From Corallochytrium limacisporum Hawaii (lineage: Eukaryota; Protista; Pluriformea): a DNA stretch of 64,000 nucleotides. The stretch is taken from assembly GCA_002811645.1 (NCBI GenBank), contig PDIP01000026.1, positions 1 through 64,000 of the forward strand, read 5' to 3'. The notes beneath the pieces are model-generated. The model saw nothing but the letters and a program-made list of their open reading frames with translations. It searched no databases and was not told the origin of the DNA. Both the position numbers and the translations under genes were made by a program. Positions 43,643 to 53,531 of the stretch are shown here, one piece after another (positions within the stretch are counted from its first letter, which is position 1; each line of letters starts with the position of its first letter).

Positions 43643-46600
43643 ATGAGCAAATTCGTTCGCGGTGTAAAGGCGAAGGGAGGCAGTCCCGTGCAGAGGGCGG
43701 TCCGTGGTTTAACTAGCAACGATGATAACAATCTTGCTTTTTCACGGCAGGACCTTCGGACTGTCCACGAGGCCAGTCATTCATTGGCGAAAATGAGAGA
43801 GCTACAGGACACCTTAAGTCGGCGGTTAAACGATTCAAGTAGCTGGCGGCACTGTCTGAAGGCATTGCTGCTCATAGAGTTTTTAGTTCGGAATGGTGGA
43901 GAAGCGTACGTTCAGCGCTATATTATGTCAGACATGGGTCGCATCGTAGGACTAGAATGCTACATATCATCACAAACTGTGGCGGGACAGAGGGTTGAGG
44001 TTGCCATCCAAGGCAAGGCAAGGGATCTGGTTAATACGTTGAACTCCGGTGCCCATCTCATGAAGGTTCGCTTGGAGGCGAGTACTACTGGAATTGATAC
44101 GGAGATTGCCCGCTGGCGCAACGAGCTGACGCCGTTCGTGGCGAATCCCATGGTGTTTGATGGAACGGGGGACGATGCTAATCATGGGACTCGCTCCTCT
44201 GGCGACAGTCTGAGCTCTTCCGGTGGGTATAGTAGTACAAAAGCAGCTACGGCAACAAGCGCTTACGGCTATGGCATTGCAAACCCGGGCAAGAACCGCC
44301 ACCGTGGCCTGCAGGAACCCCCAACTGTCGCTCCCCGCCGACGATCTGTAGACTCTGCTGAGCACGAGCACAGCCCGAGAAAGACGACAGGAGGTAGCAC
44401 TGATCGCAACAAGAGCGGAAAGACAGGGCCACCGCCACCACGACCTCCTAAATCCTCCGAAGTCACGGAGAAAGCGGCGGCATACCAGCGGAGTCTGTCC
44501 AACACTTCTCTAGAAAAGAGTCTGCCACCACGGCCTGCCAAAGACCCGTATGTGCTGCCGCCGAAACCAACGGCGACATACAAGCCACCCCCAAGATCTG
44601 TAGCAGGTCCTGAATCGACAAACGCCTCAGAAGGCGTGCAGGGTGGCGGATACAAATCTTCCACTGTTGCATACAAATCATACAAGCCACCAGACGGATA
44701 CAAACCACCTGGACAACCGAATCAGAATGAATCATCACAACAGCAGGCGTCAATGGATGCAGGGACACTGCCAGATAAACCACGGGGTAGTAGGATTCTT
44801 GTAAAGAAAATGCCGGATCAGCGGGCGCGGATGTCACAGCGTGGAGCTGTACTGCAAGAGTTGATGGCTCGTACGCAGAAGGAAGCTCCTGCAGCAGTTA
44901 GTCCGCGCACATCCCAGCTGAATCCCGTACGTTCTACCGCTGAGGAGTCGGTTCGCAGGAACCAACAGGCCGTCTTTGATGAGCTGCTAAGGACGGCACC
45001 GCCACTGGAGCCAGTACGGGAACCAGAACTGCCACCGAAGTCGGAAGCGGAGCAAAAGATCGAACCAGAACGGGACGTGTGGGCGGAACCAGACCCCACT
45101 CTCTTGGCAGCGGGCCATACCGTGCCACTGGATACTAAGGACACACTGCAGGAAGAAATTAACAAATTGAGTGCGCATTTGAACCAACTCGAAGCTGAAC
45201 GCAGGAAGACCAGTGAACTGATGCTACCGGAGCGACCGTCAAGCTCGACAAGCGCTCCTGAAGTAACCGTTGTCAGTCCTGAAGTACCTGTGCCGGAACG
45301 CGACTACAGCGAGGATCCCTTCAAAATGCTATGGCCAACCAAAAAAGACACGGGACCAAAGACTCTGCAGGAGATGCAGAGAGCAAAGGAACAAGAGAGG
45401 GCACACAATAAGAACCAGTCGAGCGCTGTGCCTCCGCCGCGTAATTCGACTTCTAATTTGCACTATCAAAACCAGCATCAGAAACAACAAATGCACCATG
45501 CCCAGCGCAATTTGGAGCAGTTGACAGGTCGAGCACCATCACCACAGCCATATGCACAACAAACGCAACAGACTCAGTACCGGAATGGAGCGCAGGGCCA
45601 CACTGTTGTGCAACAGCGGCAGCAACACTTGCAGCAGGCACAGCGGGCGATGCCAGCCATGGACTTTGGTGTCATGCCGAACGGTGGCCCTTCTCCATTG
45701 GCTCCCGAGAAGATCAGTCCTCCGCCGCGATCAAAGTCAGATGATCGGCTGAATTCACCTGGGCGGGATCTTTACCAGTTTGATCCCTACCGCGAAGACG
45801 AGCAGCAAAAGAAGATCAATCAGCAACAACAGCAACAGCAACAGCGACAACAGCAACAGCAACAGCAACACCAGCTTCAGCACCAGCTCCAACACCAGCA
45901 CCAGCACCAGCACCAACCACAACAGCATCCACAACGACAACAACAGCAGCAGCAGCAGTATCGCCAGCAACCATCTCTTGCTACATCGCCGCAACAGCAT
46001 GGTCAATACATGGGCCAGCAACGCATGATGCAACCCCAACAGGGACCACAACAGTTACCTCTGCAACCTGTACGTGTCGAGCAGCACCATGCCATTCCGC
46101 GACCGAAAACGGCTCGCCAGTGGCAACAACCACCATCCTTGGTGCAGCAACAGCAGCAAGTACCCGCAGCCAGTAGCTACACACCAACGGTCGAGCACAA
46201 CGCAGGACTGGGCTTTGACGAAGTTGACCGGATGCGCCTTGTGCCAGAGAAGCAGATCGGTTCGGGTCACTTTGGAAGTGTGCATATGGGCAAGATGATG
46301 ATGAGCGCTGGTGAGGCTTACAATGGTGGTTACGATCGAATGAACCACCACTCGCCTTTTCACCATGCGCAGGAGCCGCCCACGAGCAATGGTATTGTCT
46401 CTATCCGCGTGGCCATCAAGGTTCTCCGGTCCCAGGGCTGGGATCCTGAGTTCCACAAAAGTTTTATGGAGGAATCGGCCGCCATGCGGAACCTGAGCGG
46501 TGAATTTGTGGTCAACTTGATTGGTGTGAACGTAAAGCAACAGCCGTATCTGATGGTAATGGAATTTATGGACAAGGGTTCCCTCGAGGGCGTGTTACGG

Positions 46601-47161
46601 TCGAAGCAAGGAGAACACTTGTCACTGTGCCAGCGTCTGTGGTTCTCCTGGCGAATCGCTGAGTGCATGCACTTCCTGGAGACACAGTCGTACGTGCACC
46701 GTGACTTGGCTGCCCGCAATATTTTGCTTGCCGATGGCGGTCGCATTGTCAAGCTCGGTGATTTTGGGCTTGCACGCAGCGTGTACCAAAGCCAGGTCTA
46801 TTCCATGAGCGCTCCAAAGGACATGCCTGTGCAATGGATGGCTGAAGAGTCTTTGGCCCGTGCCATCTTTACCACCAAGAGTGACGTGTGGAGCTACGGT
46901 ATGACCCTCTTTGAGATATTTAGCAATGCCGAACTCCCTTGGCCAGGGGTGATGAACCACCAGGTCCTTGGACTCATCCGCACTGGGGCCCGCCCCGTGA
47001 AACCAGAATCTTGTCCTCTGAACATCTACAATTCAATCCTCATAGCCTGCTGGAACAAAGATCCGAACCAACGACCTTCGTTCCGGCAGCTGGCGGATCA
47101 GACGCAAACGCTGTATCTGAAGCACGGCGGTGCCACGCTCGGCTTCCAGGCCATTGAATGA
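43643..47161 (+). CDS. Non-receptor tyrosine kinase with N-terminal ENTH domain and Pro/Gln-rich linker
   Basis: ENTH: VRGLTSND...RRLND..WRHCLKALLLIEFLVRNG. Kinase: IGSGHFG, VAIK, HRDLAARN, DFG, PVQWMAEES, SDVWSYG. Confidence 0.9.
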   Translation: MSKFVRGVKAKGGSPVQRAVRGLTSNDDNNLAFSRQDLRTVHEASHSLAKMRELQDTLSRRLNDSSSWRHCLKALLLIEFLVRNGGEAYVQRYIMSDMGRIVGLECYISSQTVAGQRVEVAIQGKARDLVNTLNSGAHLMKVRLEASTTGIDTEIARWRNELTPFVANPMVFDGTGDDANHGTRSSGDSLSSSGGYSSTKAATATSAYGYGIANPGKNRHRGLQEPPTVAPRRRSVDSAEHEHSPRKTTGGSTDRNKSGKTGPPPPRPPKSSEVTEKAAAYQRSLSNTSLEKSLPPRPAKDPYVLPPKPTATYKPPPRSVAGPESTNASEGVQGGGYKSSTVAYKSYKPPDGYKPPGQPNQNESSQQQASMDAGTLPDKPRGSRILVKKMPDQRARMSQRGAVLQELMARTQKEAPAAVSPRTSQLNPVRSTAEESVRRNQQAVFDELLRTAPPLEPVREPELPPKSEAEQKIEPERDVWAEPDPTLLAAGHTVPLDTKDTLQEEINKLSAHLNQLEAERRKTSELMLPERPSSSTSAPEVTVVSPEVPVPERDYSEDPFKMLWPTKKDTGPKTLQEMQRAKEQERAHNKNQSSAVPPPRNSTSNLHYQNQHQKQQMHHAQRNLEQLTGRAPSPQPYAQQTQQTQYRNGAQGHTVVQQRQQHLQQAQRAMPAMDFGVMPNGGPSPLAPEKISPPPRSKSDDRLNSPGRDLYQFDPYREDEQQKKINQQQQQQQQRQQQQQQQHQLQHQLQHQHQHQHQPQQHPQRQQQQQQQYRQQPSLATSPQQHGQYMGQQRMMQPQQGPQQLPLQPVRVEQHHAIPRPKTARQWQQPPSLVQQQQQVPAASSYTPTVEHNAGLGFDEVDRMRLVPEKQIGSGHFGSVHMGKMMMSAGEAYNGGYDRMNHHSPFHHAQEPPTSNGIVSIRVAIKVLRSQGWDPEFHKSFMEESAAMRNLSGEFVVNLIGVNVKQQPYLMVMEFMDKGSLEGVLRSKQGEHLSLCQRLWFSWRIAECMHFLETQSYVHRDLAARNILLADGGRIVKLGDFGLARSVYQSQVYSMSAPKDMPVQWMAEESLARAIFTTKSDVWSYGMTLFEIFSNAELPWPGVMNHQVLGLIRTGARPVKPESCPLNIYNSILIACWNKDPNQRPSFRQLADQTQTLYLKHGGATLGFQAIE
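45821..45959 (+). repeat. CAG/CAA/CAC trinucleotide tract encoding polyQ/QH
   Basis: Read directly within the kinase ORF. Confidence 0.9.
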
Positions 47162-47381
47162 CACAAGGGCATGGCGGATCTTCATAATTTATAGATTCTA
47201 TTTTCGATTTATATCCCTAGAAAATTCTAGTATTATTTTTGACCTGTATTCATCAGCACAGAAATCAACCCACTGATTCAATTTTTTACTACCTCCTCCA
47301 TTCAGATATATATCCAAATCCAACACAATCAATTTTGTTTCCGGAACAAATACGGCCCCCAATTCCTTCTCTCTCCCCTCT

Positions 47382-47410
47382 CCCCCCCCCCCCCGGGGGT
47401 ACCCCCCGGG
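47382..47410. promoter_or_regulatory. CnGm palindromic island (C13G5-TA-C6G3) upstream of DDX39; representative of the family
   Basis: Sequence is read directly. The regulatory role is inferred from position. Confidence 0.45.
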
Positions 47411-48024
47411 CGTACCATTCCTTTGGCGCGCGCACCGTGCCACTATTTCTCTGCTGGCTTTTACCCTTTTGCCGAGGCGCACTGCACTGTGTGCACAAGA
47501 GCAGGTGCCCCGCGGACTCGTGGCGCAAGACGGCCCCCTCTTTTCGGGGCGGCGCAAGGGGGAAGGAGCGCGCTGGTAGTGGAAAATTTTTGTGCGGAAA
47601 CCACGGAGAGCGGCTCAGTCACGACCGACCGGACCGGGAGACAAAGAATTGGAGTGTTGAGAAGGGGAGTGGGGCCAAAGGCACAACAGTGGCCGGCCAT
47701 CGGTGGTGCAGTGCAGGAAGAAACGGGCGTCGCACGAAGGAAGCGCGCGGGTTTGGTGCCAGGGTTCAAAGTCGCGGCCGCCATCGGGGTCTAGGGCACC
47801 CCTCGTGTTTTGGCATTTTTTTCTTTTCGAATGTCTGGCAAGGAGACAGGGACAAAAAGTGAGTCTTGGCAAACCACAGAATATGAGATCCGTATTGTAT
47901 GCTATTTCAAAAGTTTGAGATCGAAAGTGTGACGGTAAGAGTCAAACTCTCTGCAAATAAGGAACACCCGAGTTTAGTACCCGTGTGTTTTGTTCTTTTT
48001 TTCTTGTTCATATCGTGATCAACT

Positions 48025-49299
48025 ATGGCTCCCACTAAGAACGACGCTGACGCAGAGAATGAGCTGCTCGACTACGAGGAAGACGGTGAGGACGTCCAGG
48101 CCGGAACCGGTTCCTCGGATGTCAAGAAGGGCACCTATGTCGGTATTCAGAGCAGTGGTTTCCGTGACTTTATGCTAAAACCGGAGCTGCTTCGTGCCAT
48201 CGCGGACTGTGCTTTTGAACATCCTTCCGAGGTTCAGCAGGAGTGTATTCCTCAGGCAATGTTGGGCGTGGATATTTTGTGTGAGGCCAAGTCAGGTATG
48301 GGTAAGACTGCGGTCTTTGTGTTGACCACTCTGCACCAGATGGAACCCCAGGAGGGTAAGGCGTCTGTGCTAGTCTTGTGCCATACTCGTGAGCTTGCTT
48401 TCCAAATTAAGAAGGAATATGATCGGTTCAGTAAATATTTGCCCGAGGTGAAGACTGCGGTATTCTACGGCGGTGTCAGTGTTAAGAACGACGAGAAGGT
48501 TCTGGAGACGGACCATCCCCATATTGTAGTCGGCACTCCCGGTCGCATTAAGGATCTGATTCAGCGGGGCAAGCTCAAGGTTGCGACCATCAAGCATTTC
48601 ATTCTGGATGAATGTGATAAGATGTTGGAGACTCTGGACATGCGCAAAGACGTGCAGGAAATCTTCATCCAGACTCCCAAGGACAAGCAAGTCATGATGT
48701 ACACTGCGACCCTCTCCAAGGACATTATTCCTGTCTGCCGTAAGTTCATGAGCAATCCCTTCGAGTTTACTTTCAAGGATGAGAGCGCCAAGACCTTGCA
48801 TGGTATTGCTCAATTCCAGGTTCAGCTGGAGGAGGCCAACAAGACAAGCAAGCTCCTTGCTCTGCTTGACGACATTGACTTCAACCAGGTCATCATCTTT
48901 GTCAAGAGTGTACCTCGGGCTCGTGAATTGGATCGTCTGCTGCGGAATTCGTGCTTCCCTTCCATCTGCGCCTACGGCCGTGGTATGAAACAGGAGGAGC
49001 GCATTGCTGTCTACAACAAGTTCAAGAACTTTGAGAAGCGTGTCATGGTCGCAACCGAGCTGTTCGGCCGTGGTGTTGACTTCGAAAAGGTTAATGTCGT
49101 CATCAACTACGACATGGCCACTGACGATGACACTTATCACCACCGTGTATACCGTGCGGGTCGTTTCGGCACCAAGGGTGTTGCCATTTCCTTCCTGAGC
49201 TCCCCTGAGGACAAGGAGATGATGGAGAAGGTGATCAAGCGCTTCGAGGTCTCCGTACCCGAACTGCCCGAGACAATCGACTCTTCCTTGTACAAGTAA
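48025..49299 (+). CDS. DDX39: DECD-box RNA helicase UAP56/Sub2
   Basis: [46 protein letters not shown]. Confidence 0.97.
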   Translation: MAPTKNDADAENELLDYEEDGEDVQAGTGSSDVKKGTYVGIQSSGFRDFMLKPELLRAIADCAFEHPSEVQQECIPQAMLGVDILCEAKSGMGKTAVFVLTTLHQMEPQEGKASVLVLCHTRELAFQIKKEYDRFSKYLPEVKTAVFYGGVSVKNDEKVLETDHPHIVVGTPGRIKDLIQRGKLKVATIKHFILDECDKMLETLDMRKDVQEIFIQTPKDKQVMMYTATLSKDIIPVCRKFMSNPFEFTFKDESAKTLHGIAQFQVQLEEANKTSKLLALLDDIDFNQVIIFVKSVPRARELDRLLRNSCFPSICAYGRGMKQEERIAVYNKFKNFEKRVMVATELFGRGVDFEKVNVVINYDMATDDDTYHHRVYRAGRFGTKGVAISFLSSPEDKEMMEKVIKRFEVSVPELPETIDSSLYK

Positions 49300-49820
49300 A
49301 TCATCCATTACGAGCTTGTACAAGTGTAGATCGTTCAAACTATCATTTGTTGCGACAACCAAACACCAACACACAAAACACATACACACACACACTCAAA
49401 TTAAAACTTACATTCGCATAAATTTCAGCTCTACGGAACAAACTCAGTCCCTCCCTTGAACTCGAAATTACCGTGATCGTCCGTATACAATATAGCCCGG
49501 TTCCCTTTTCCAGCAAAGGTCCCATTATGGTAGTCTTACCTGCTCGGTTGGGACGCTGTACTTTTGGTATACAGACTTGGACTCATTAAACTCATTGATT
49601 CTTTGTTTTTTTTCCAGCGCCTTTGGCGCGGCGATGGAATTTAGTGAGCCGGCAGTTGTGCGCGTCCGGTCGGCTACTTGGAGGCGGGTATCACCAATCT
49701 CTGATGTTGCTTCCAATTCATGCGCCTACTAAGCGAGGTAATGAACAATGCATGAAACTTAGAGGTTGCGTATCTCCCCAGTACTTTAATACTTTAGCAA
49801 CCATTCTGTTGCACAAGTCT

Positions 49821-50618
49821 ATGTTAAATCCATTTGCTTTCGAGGCCGTGGCACCGGACAGCAATGGGACCCTTGTTCACCAGAGGCAGGACGACCGTTG
49901 GGACTGCGGTGCCGCCTGTGTGTACATGACACTGCAAGCTTTGGGCTTGTTGGACCCTACCAAGATAGATTATGGAGGTTTTCTGAAGGAAGTGCAAGAT
50001 GACCAGTATCGTTACGGCCTATGGACCATAGACCTTGCCCTCCTGCTGGCTCGGAAGGGTGTCACACCACAACGGATATTGTACAGCAGTACTTGTACGG
50101 ATCGCGTCAACCCGGAACTCAAATCTGAGGCATTTTATCAAGAAGGGTTCCTTGGGGATGATGAAAGGGTAGAAGAGGCGTTCAGGGACGGTCGACGACA
50201 AGGAATTGTGATCACTGAAAGATCTTTACCATTAGCAGAGGTTGCAAACCATATACCGGATGCTTTGGGAAGTAAAGCGGGCACCGGAAAGGGTCCCATT
50301 ATCATCTTAGTGAATTTTCGAAAGCTACGCTGTCTTGTCAGCCGCCATGGTCATAAACACCACCGACGGACACCGGAGGAGATCGCCGAAAATGAGAAAA
50401 AAGGATATCAGGGTCACTATATCTTGCTCACATCATGCCACAGGTCAGGAGATGGGCCATTGCATTTGCTGGACGGAGAAACAACGAAAGCAGACGACTT
50501 ATTCTTTCTCTACCATGATCCAGGCTGTTCTGAGGCAGTTTGTATTGTCACAGCTGCATCACTTGAAGCAGCAAGGCGCGATTTTGGCACCGACGAGGAT
50601 ATCATTCGCATCGCCTAA
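49821..50618 (+). CDS. GUCD1: GUCD1 (C39-peptidase-like fold)
   Basis: Q...WDCGAACVYM, LWTIDLALLL, YQGHYILL, YHDP, AAR...GTDEDII. Start uncertain (ATG at 49752 or 49821). Confidence 0.85.
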   Translation: MLNPFAFEAVAPDSNGTLVHQRQDDRWDCGAACVYMTLQALGLLDPTKIDYGGFLKEVQDDQYRYGLWTIDLALLLARKGVTPQRILYSSTCTDRVNPELKSEAFYQEGFLGDDERVEEAFRDGRRQGIVITERSLPLAEVANHIPDALGSKAGTGKGPIIILVNFRKLRCLVSRHGHKHHRRTPEEIAENEKKGYQGHYILLTSCHRSGDGPLHLLDGETTKADDLFFLYHDPGCSEAVCIVTAASLEAARRDFGTDEDIIRIA

Positions 50619-52303
50619 GCGGCTGCAGGCAGCAAGCAATGAATGTCGTAACCCTTGTCATCATCATCATAGACTTCCAGAATACCTTTGTTGGCCAAAA
50701 CTAGGGTTTGGTAAAACGTAACTGCGGCCATGTGCCGGCGATTATCCAGGTTCAGGGGCAACACATCACTCAAAGTGATATATACATCGCCTTCTTCATC
50801 CATCTCCCCGTGACGGAACAGATATTCGCCAAAGTCGACTGATTCTCCTTTGCATTCAGCATGCAGTTTGGACAGGAAATCGCCGGGACGGCGACGCTTC
50901 GTACGGGCCACCTGGGGAGTACTATGTCCAGAACTTATCGAAGTCGACTCGGAAACCATACTGGAGCCTACGGACGATCCACGTTCACTGTCCCTGCCAG
51001 GCTGGTAGCCATCTTCGTTCTTTCTCCAAGGGCGCCACTCGTTCAGAATCACATCAATGTTCCGGTGAACGGTTTCTTTGCGCTCCACTTCAGGTGCTTC
51101 CAGATCATCTGGGCCAAAATTCTCACTGAATTCAGCAGTGTGACTGTCGCCCACCACGATCTCTGCTTGATCGGCAAATATAGGGTCCTGTTGGTCCTGT
51201 TGGCCCTGGAATGTACTAGGCACAGCCGGCCATTGATGTCTCTTCCTATCTATGTGGATGAAAGTACCGAGAGATCTGAGCTTTGGTGCAATCCAATCCG
51301 TCCATAGCTCTCTCTGCGCATCACTTGTACACACCGCTGGCTCGTATAAGAGCTGGGCAAACTTGATCTCAGGTACCTGCCGTATGATCATAAAGCGGTC
51401 AGTGGTATGGAAATCAATCTGTGACATCTGTTTGCGAATCAATTTGGCGGAAATTTGGGATCGGACATCTCTCTTGACACGCTTGTGTTTGCTGCCGGCT
51501 AGCCTGTGCCCTTCCCGAAGATGCTTAATGACCTTAATGTCTGCAAAGGAAGGGTTGATTTGCCTAGGATCTACCTCCATGTCAATGTCATCGTCTGGAA
51601 CGTTGCTGTCGATGCTGTGACCGAAATCATTAACAAGGCTCCCTGCAGAAACTGGATCCGGAAGTGCATGCTCTTCTCCTTCAAAGAGGACCGCCTCATC
51701 ACCTCCTCCGTCAAACTCTGCAAAGTCTCCCATGTCTAGATTGCCGAAGTCGTCCATCTGACCGAAGGCGCCGATGTTGAAGGTCTCAGCCATGGTGATA
51801 TCAGCCTCAGCAGCTTGAAGATTGCCTTGCTTGCTGCGATGTACTATGACGTCGTGTAGAGTAAGTTTGTCGGCAGATTTGCCCTCTATGGAGGGCGGCA
51901 ATAGATAGCCAGTGTTCAAGGAATCCAACTGGAATTGTGACCTCGGCAAAGATGTATCGGGCAGATGGTTTCTCGGATCACCATCTACAATGGTCAGGCT
52001 GACGTGGGGTTCTCTTTGGAGCATCTGTGAGGATTTTCGGGACACTGATGTCCATGCACTCTCAGCATCCTGATAAAGAAATGCCACCTTCTTTTCTTGA
52101 ATGCGACTTATACCAAAAAGCAGTGTGGCGCTCAGACGAAGGGCCAGTGGAGCCGGGGGATCCATCACATCGTGGCAGGCTGCCCCCACATCTACACGAT
52201 TGGTTTGTGCCTTTGTCAGCTTCTGCTTTGGACAAGTAGCAGCGAGCCAGATGATGGCGAGCTTTCCACCTTTCTTTGCTAAGAGTTCGTGAGAATAGAA
52301 CAT
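50615..52303 (-). CDS. REC8: Kleisin cohesin subunit, Rec8-like
   Basis: MFYSHELL..KGGKLAIIWLAAT, PLALRLSATLLFG, C-terminal AAVTFYQTLVLA winged helix. WLAAT rather than WLAAHW favours Rec8 over Rad21. Confidence 0.7.
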   Translation of the reverse strand: MFYSHELLAKKGGKLAIIWLAATCPKQKLTKAQTNRVDVGAACHDVMDPPAPLALRLSATLLFGISRIQEKKVAFLYQDAESAWTSVSRKSSQMLQREPHVSLTIVDGDPRNHLPDTSLPRSQFQLDSLNTGYLLPPSIEGKSADKLTLHDVIVHRSKQGNLQAAEADITMAETFNIGAFGQMDDFGNLDMGDFAEFDGGGDEAVLFEGEEHALPDPVSAGSLVNDFGHSIDSNVPDDDIDMEVDPRQINPSFADIKVIKHLREGHRLAGSKHKRVKRDVRSQISAKLIRKQMSQIDFHTTDRFMIIRQVPEIKFAQLLYEPAVCTSDAQRELWTDWIAPKLRSLGTFIHIDRKRHQWPAVPSTFQGQQDQQDPIFADQAEIVVGDSHTAEFSENFGPDDLEAPEVERKETVHRNIDVILNEWRPWRKNEDGYQPGRDSERGSSVGSSMVSESTSISSGHSTPQVARTKRRRPGDFLSKLHAECKGESVDFGEYLFRHGEMDEEGDVYITLSDVLPLNLDNRRHMAAVTFYQTLVLANKGILEVYDDDDKGYDIHCLLPAAA

Positions 52304-53132
52304 GGTTCTGGATAAATTGACCCCATCCACCGAGATTCGAATCCAACGGTGGTCTGTCTGTTCCTTGATACGTACATTTCACATTGCATCCATTGTGTAC
52401 TTTTGTTGTATCTTGTACCATACAGTGTGTTTGTATTTGGCCTGTTTGTGACACAGATACGCCGTTTCTGAACAAGAACCGCCCGATGGTGGCACTTGGA
52501 AGGGTACCGCGATCGGTCCCAAGAGACCCACCCGCCTTTATCTGCCCAGAGTCTCATTTGGTCGATTCACTATACAATGCCGTCCCTTCTAGTACATTCA
52601 CTATAGAACGCACTCCCAAAATAGTTTCGTACATTTAGTACTGCGAGCCCAGGTGGACTGATTCGTGGTACTTTCTAAGCGCCCCCCGCCCCCTCCCAGT
52701 GCGCAGTGCGCACACAAGAGTCTTTGCGCGAAAGGAGACGTGGGTGCCGGAAGCGTAGGCTCGCTTCGCCCGTCCGGAACTGAATCCCTTGGCTGCCAGG
52801 GCACCGAATCATTGATTACTGGGTTTGGTAACTTTCCTGGCGGTCTCACACGCGGGCTTGACACAGGTGAGTTACTTTACTACTGGTCGGCATTGCCTTA
52901 AAAAATACATTGCGATGGAAAATGGCAGAACCGACGAGGTTCATCAGCAACTTTTCCTTCTATAGACAGTGTGCAGTACTTACTACATTCATTTCTAAAC
53001 TAGGCCCGAGGAACTCAAGATCTGCCCCCCCCCCCCCAAATCACAAAGTCGGCGACCCACTATCTTAGGCAGGGAAGGTTTTTTGTCTCGGCTTATGTCC
53101 GTACCCAACCCATCCAGCAGCACGAGCCGGGT

Positions 53133-53152
53133 CCCCCCGGGGGGGGGGGGGG
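53133..53152. promoter_or_regulatory. C6G14 island in the divergent REC8/ankyrin spacer
   Basis: Sequence is read directly. The role is inferred. Confidence 0.45.
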
Positions 53153-53531
53153 AGGAGATGCTGCCCTGCACGAGCTGGCTTTGCGAAGAAGAGGGAAGGG
53201 CTCGCTCCCTCCTTCTCCTCCCCCGGTCCCAAACTCCCGGGGCTGGTTTTTGCATCTTTTGCACGCAATTTGGTGGCTGTGTTTGTGTGAATCAATGTAG
53301 CATTTGCAAGTATTTCAATTAAGTGACGTATAAAGGAGAATAGGAAACGGGACATTTGCTGCACTCCCGAATCTCGTTAGTTGTACTTGAAGATGCCGAA
53401 CATTTGACAACAGGCACAAGCGTTTCAGGGACAAGCAGGAATAGCACCGAAACGTTCAGAAACTAGCATTATTTTCATTAAGAATGTAGTCGTCTGTAGT
53501 AGAAAATCTCGTAGAAAATGAATCATAATAC

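Noticed and set aside
49287-49325. Palindromic CTTGTACAAG repeated twice at the DDX39 stop
   Set aside because: Short local duplication; no supportable function.
48370-49395. 341-aa antisense ORF over DDX39
   Set aside because: Shadow frame produced by the biased codon usage of a highly expressed gene; no motifs.
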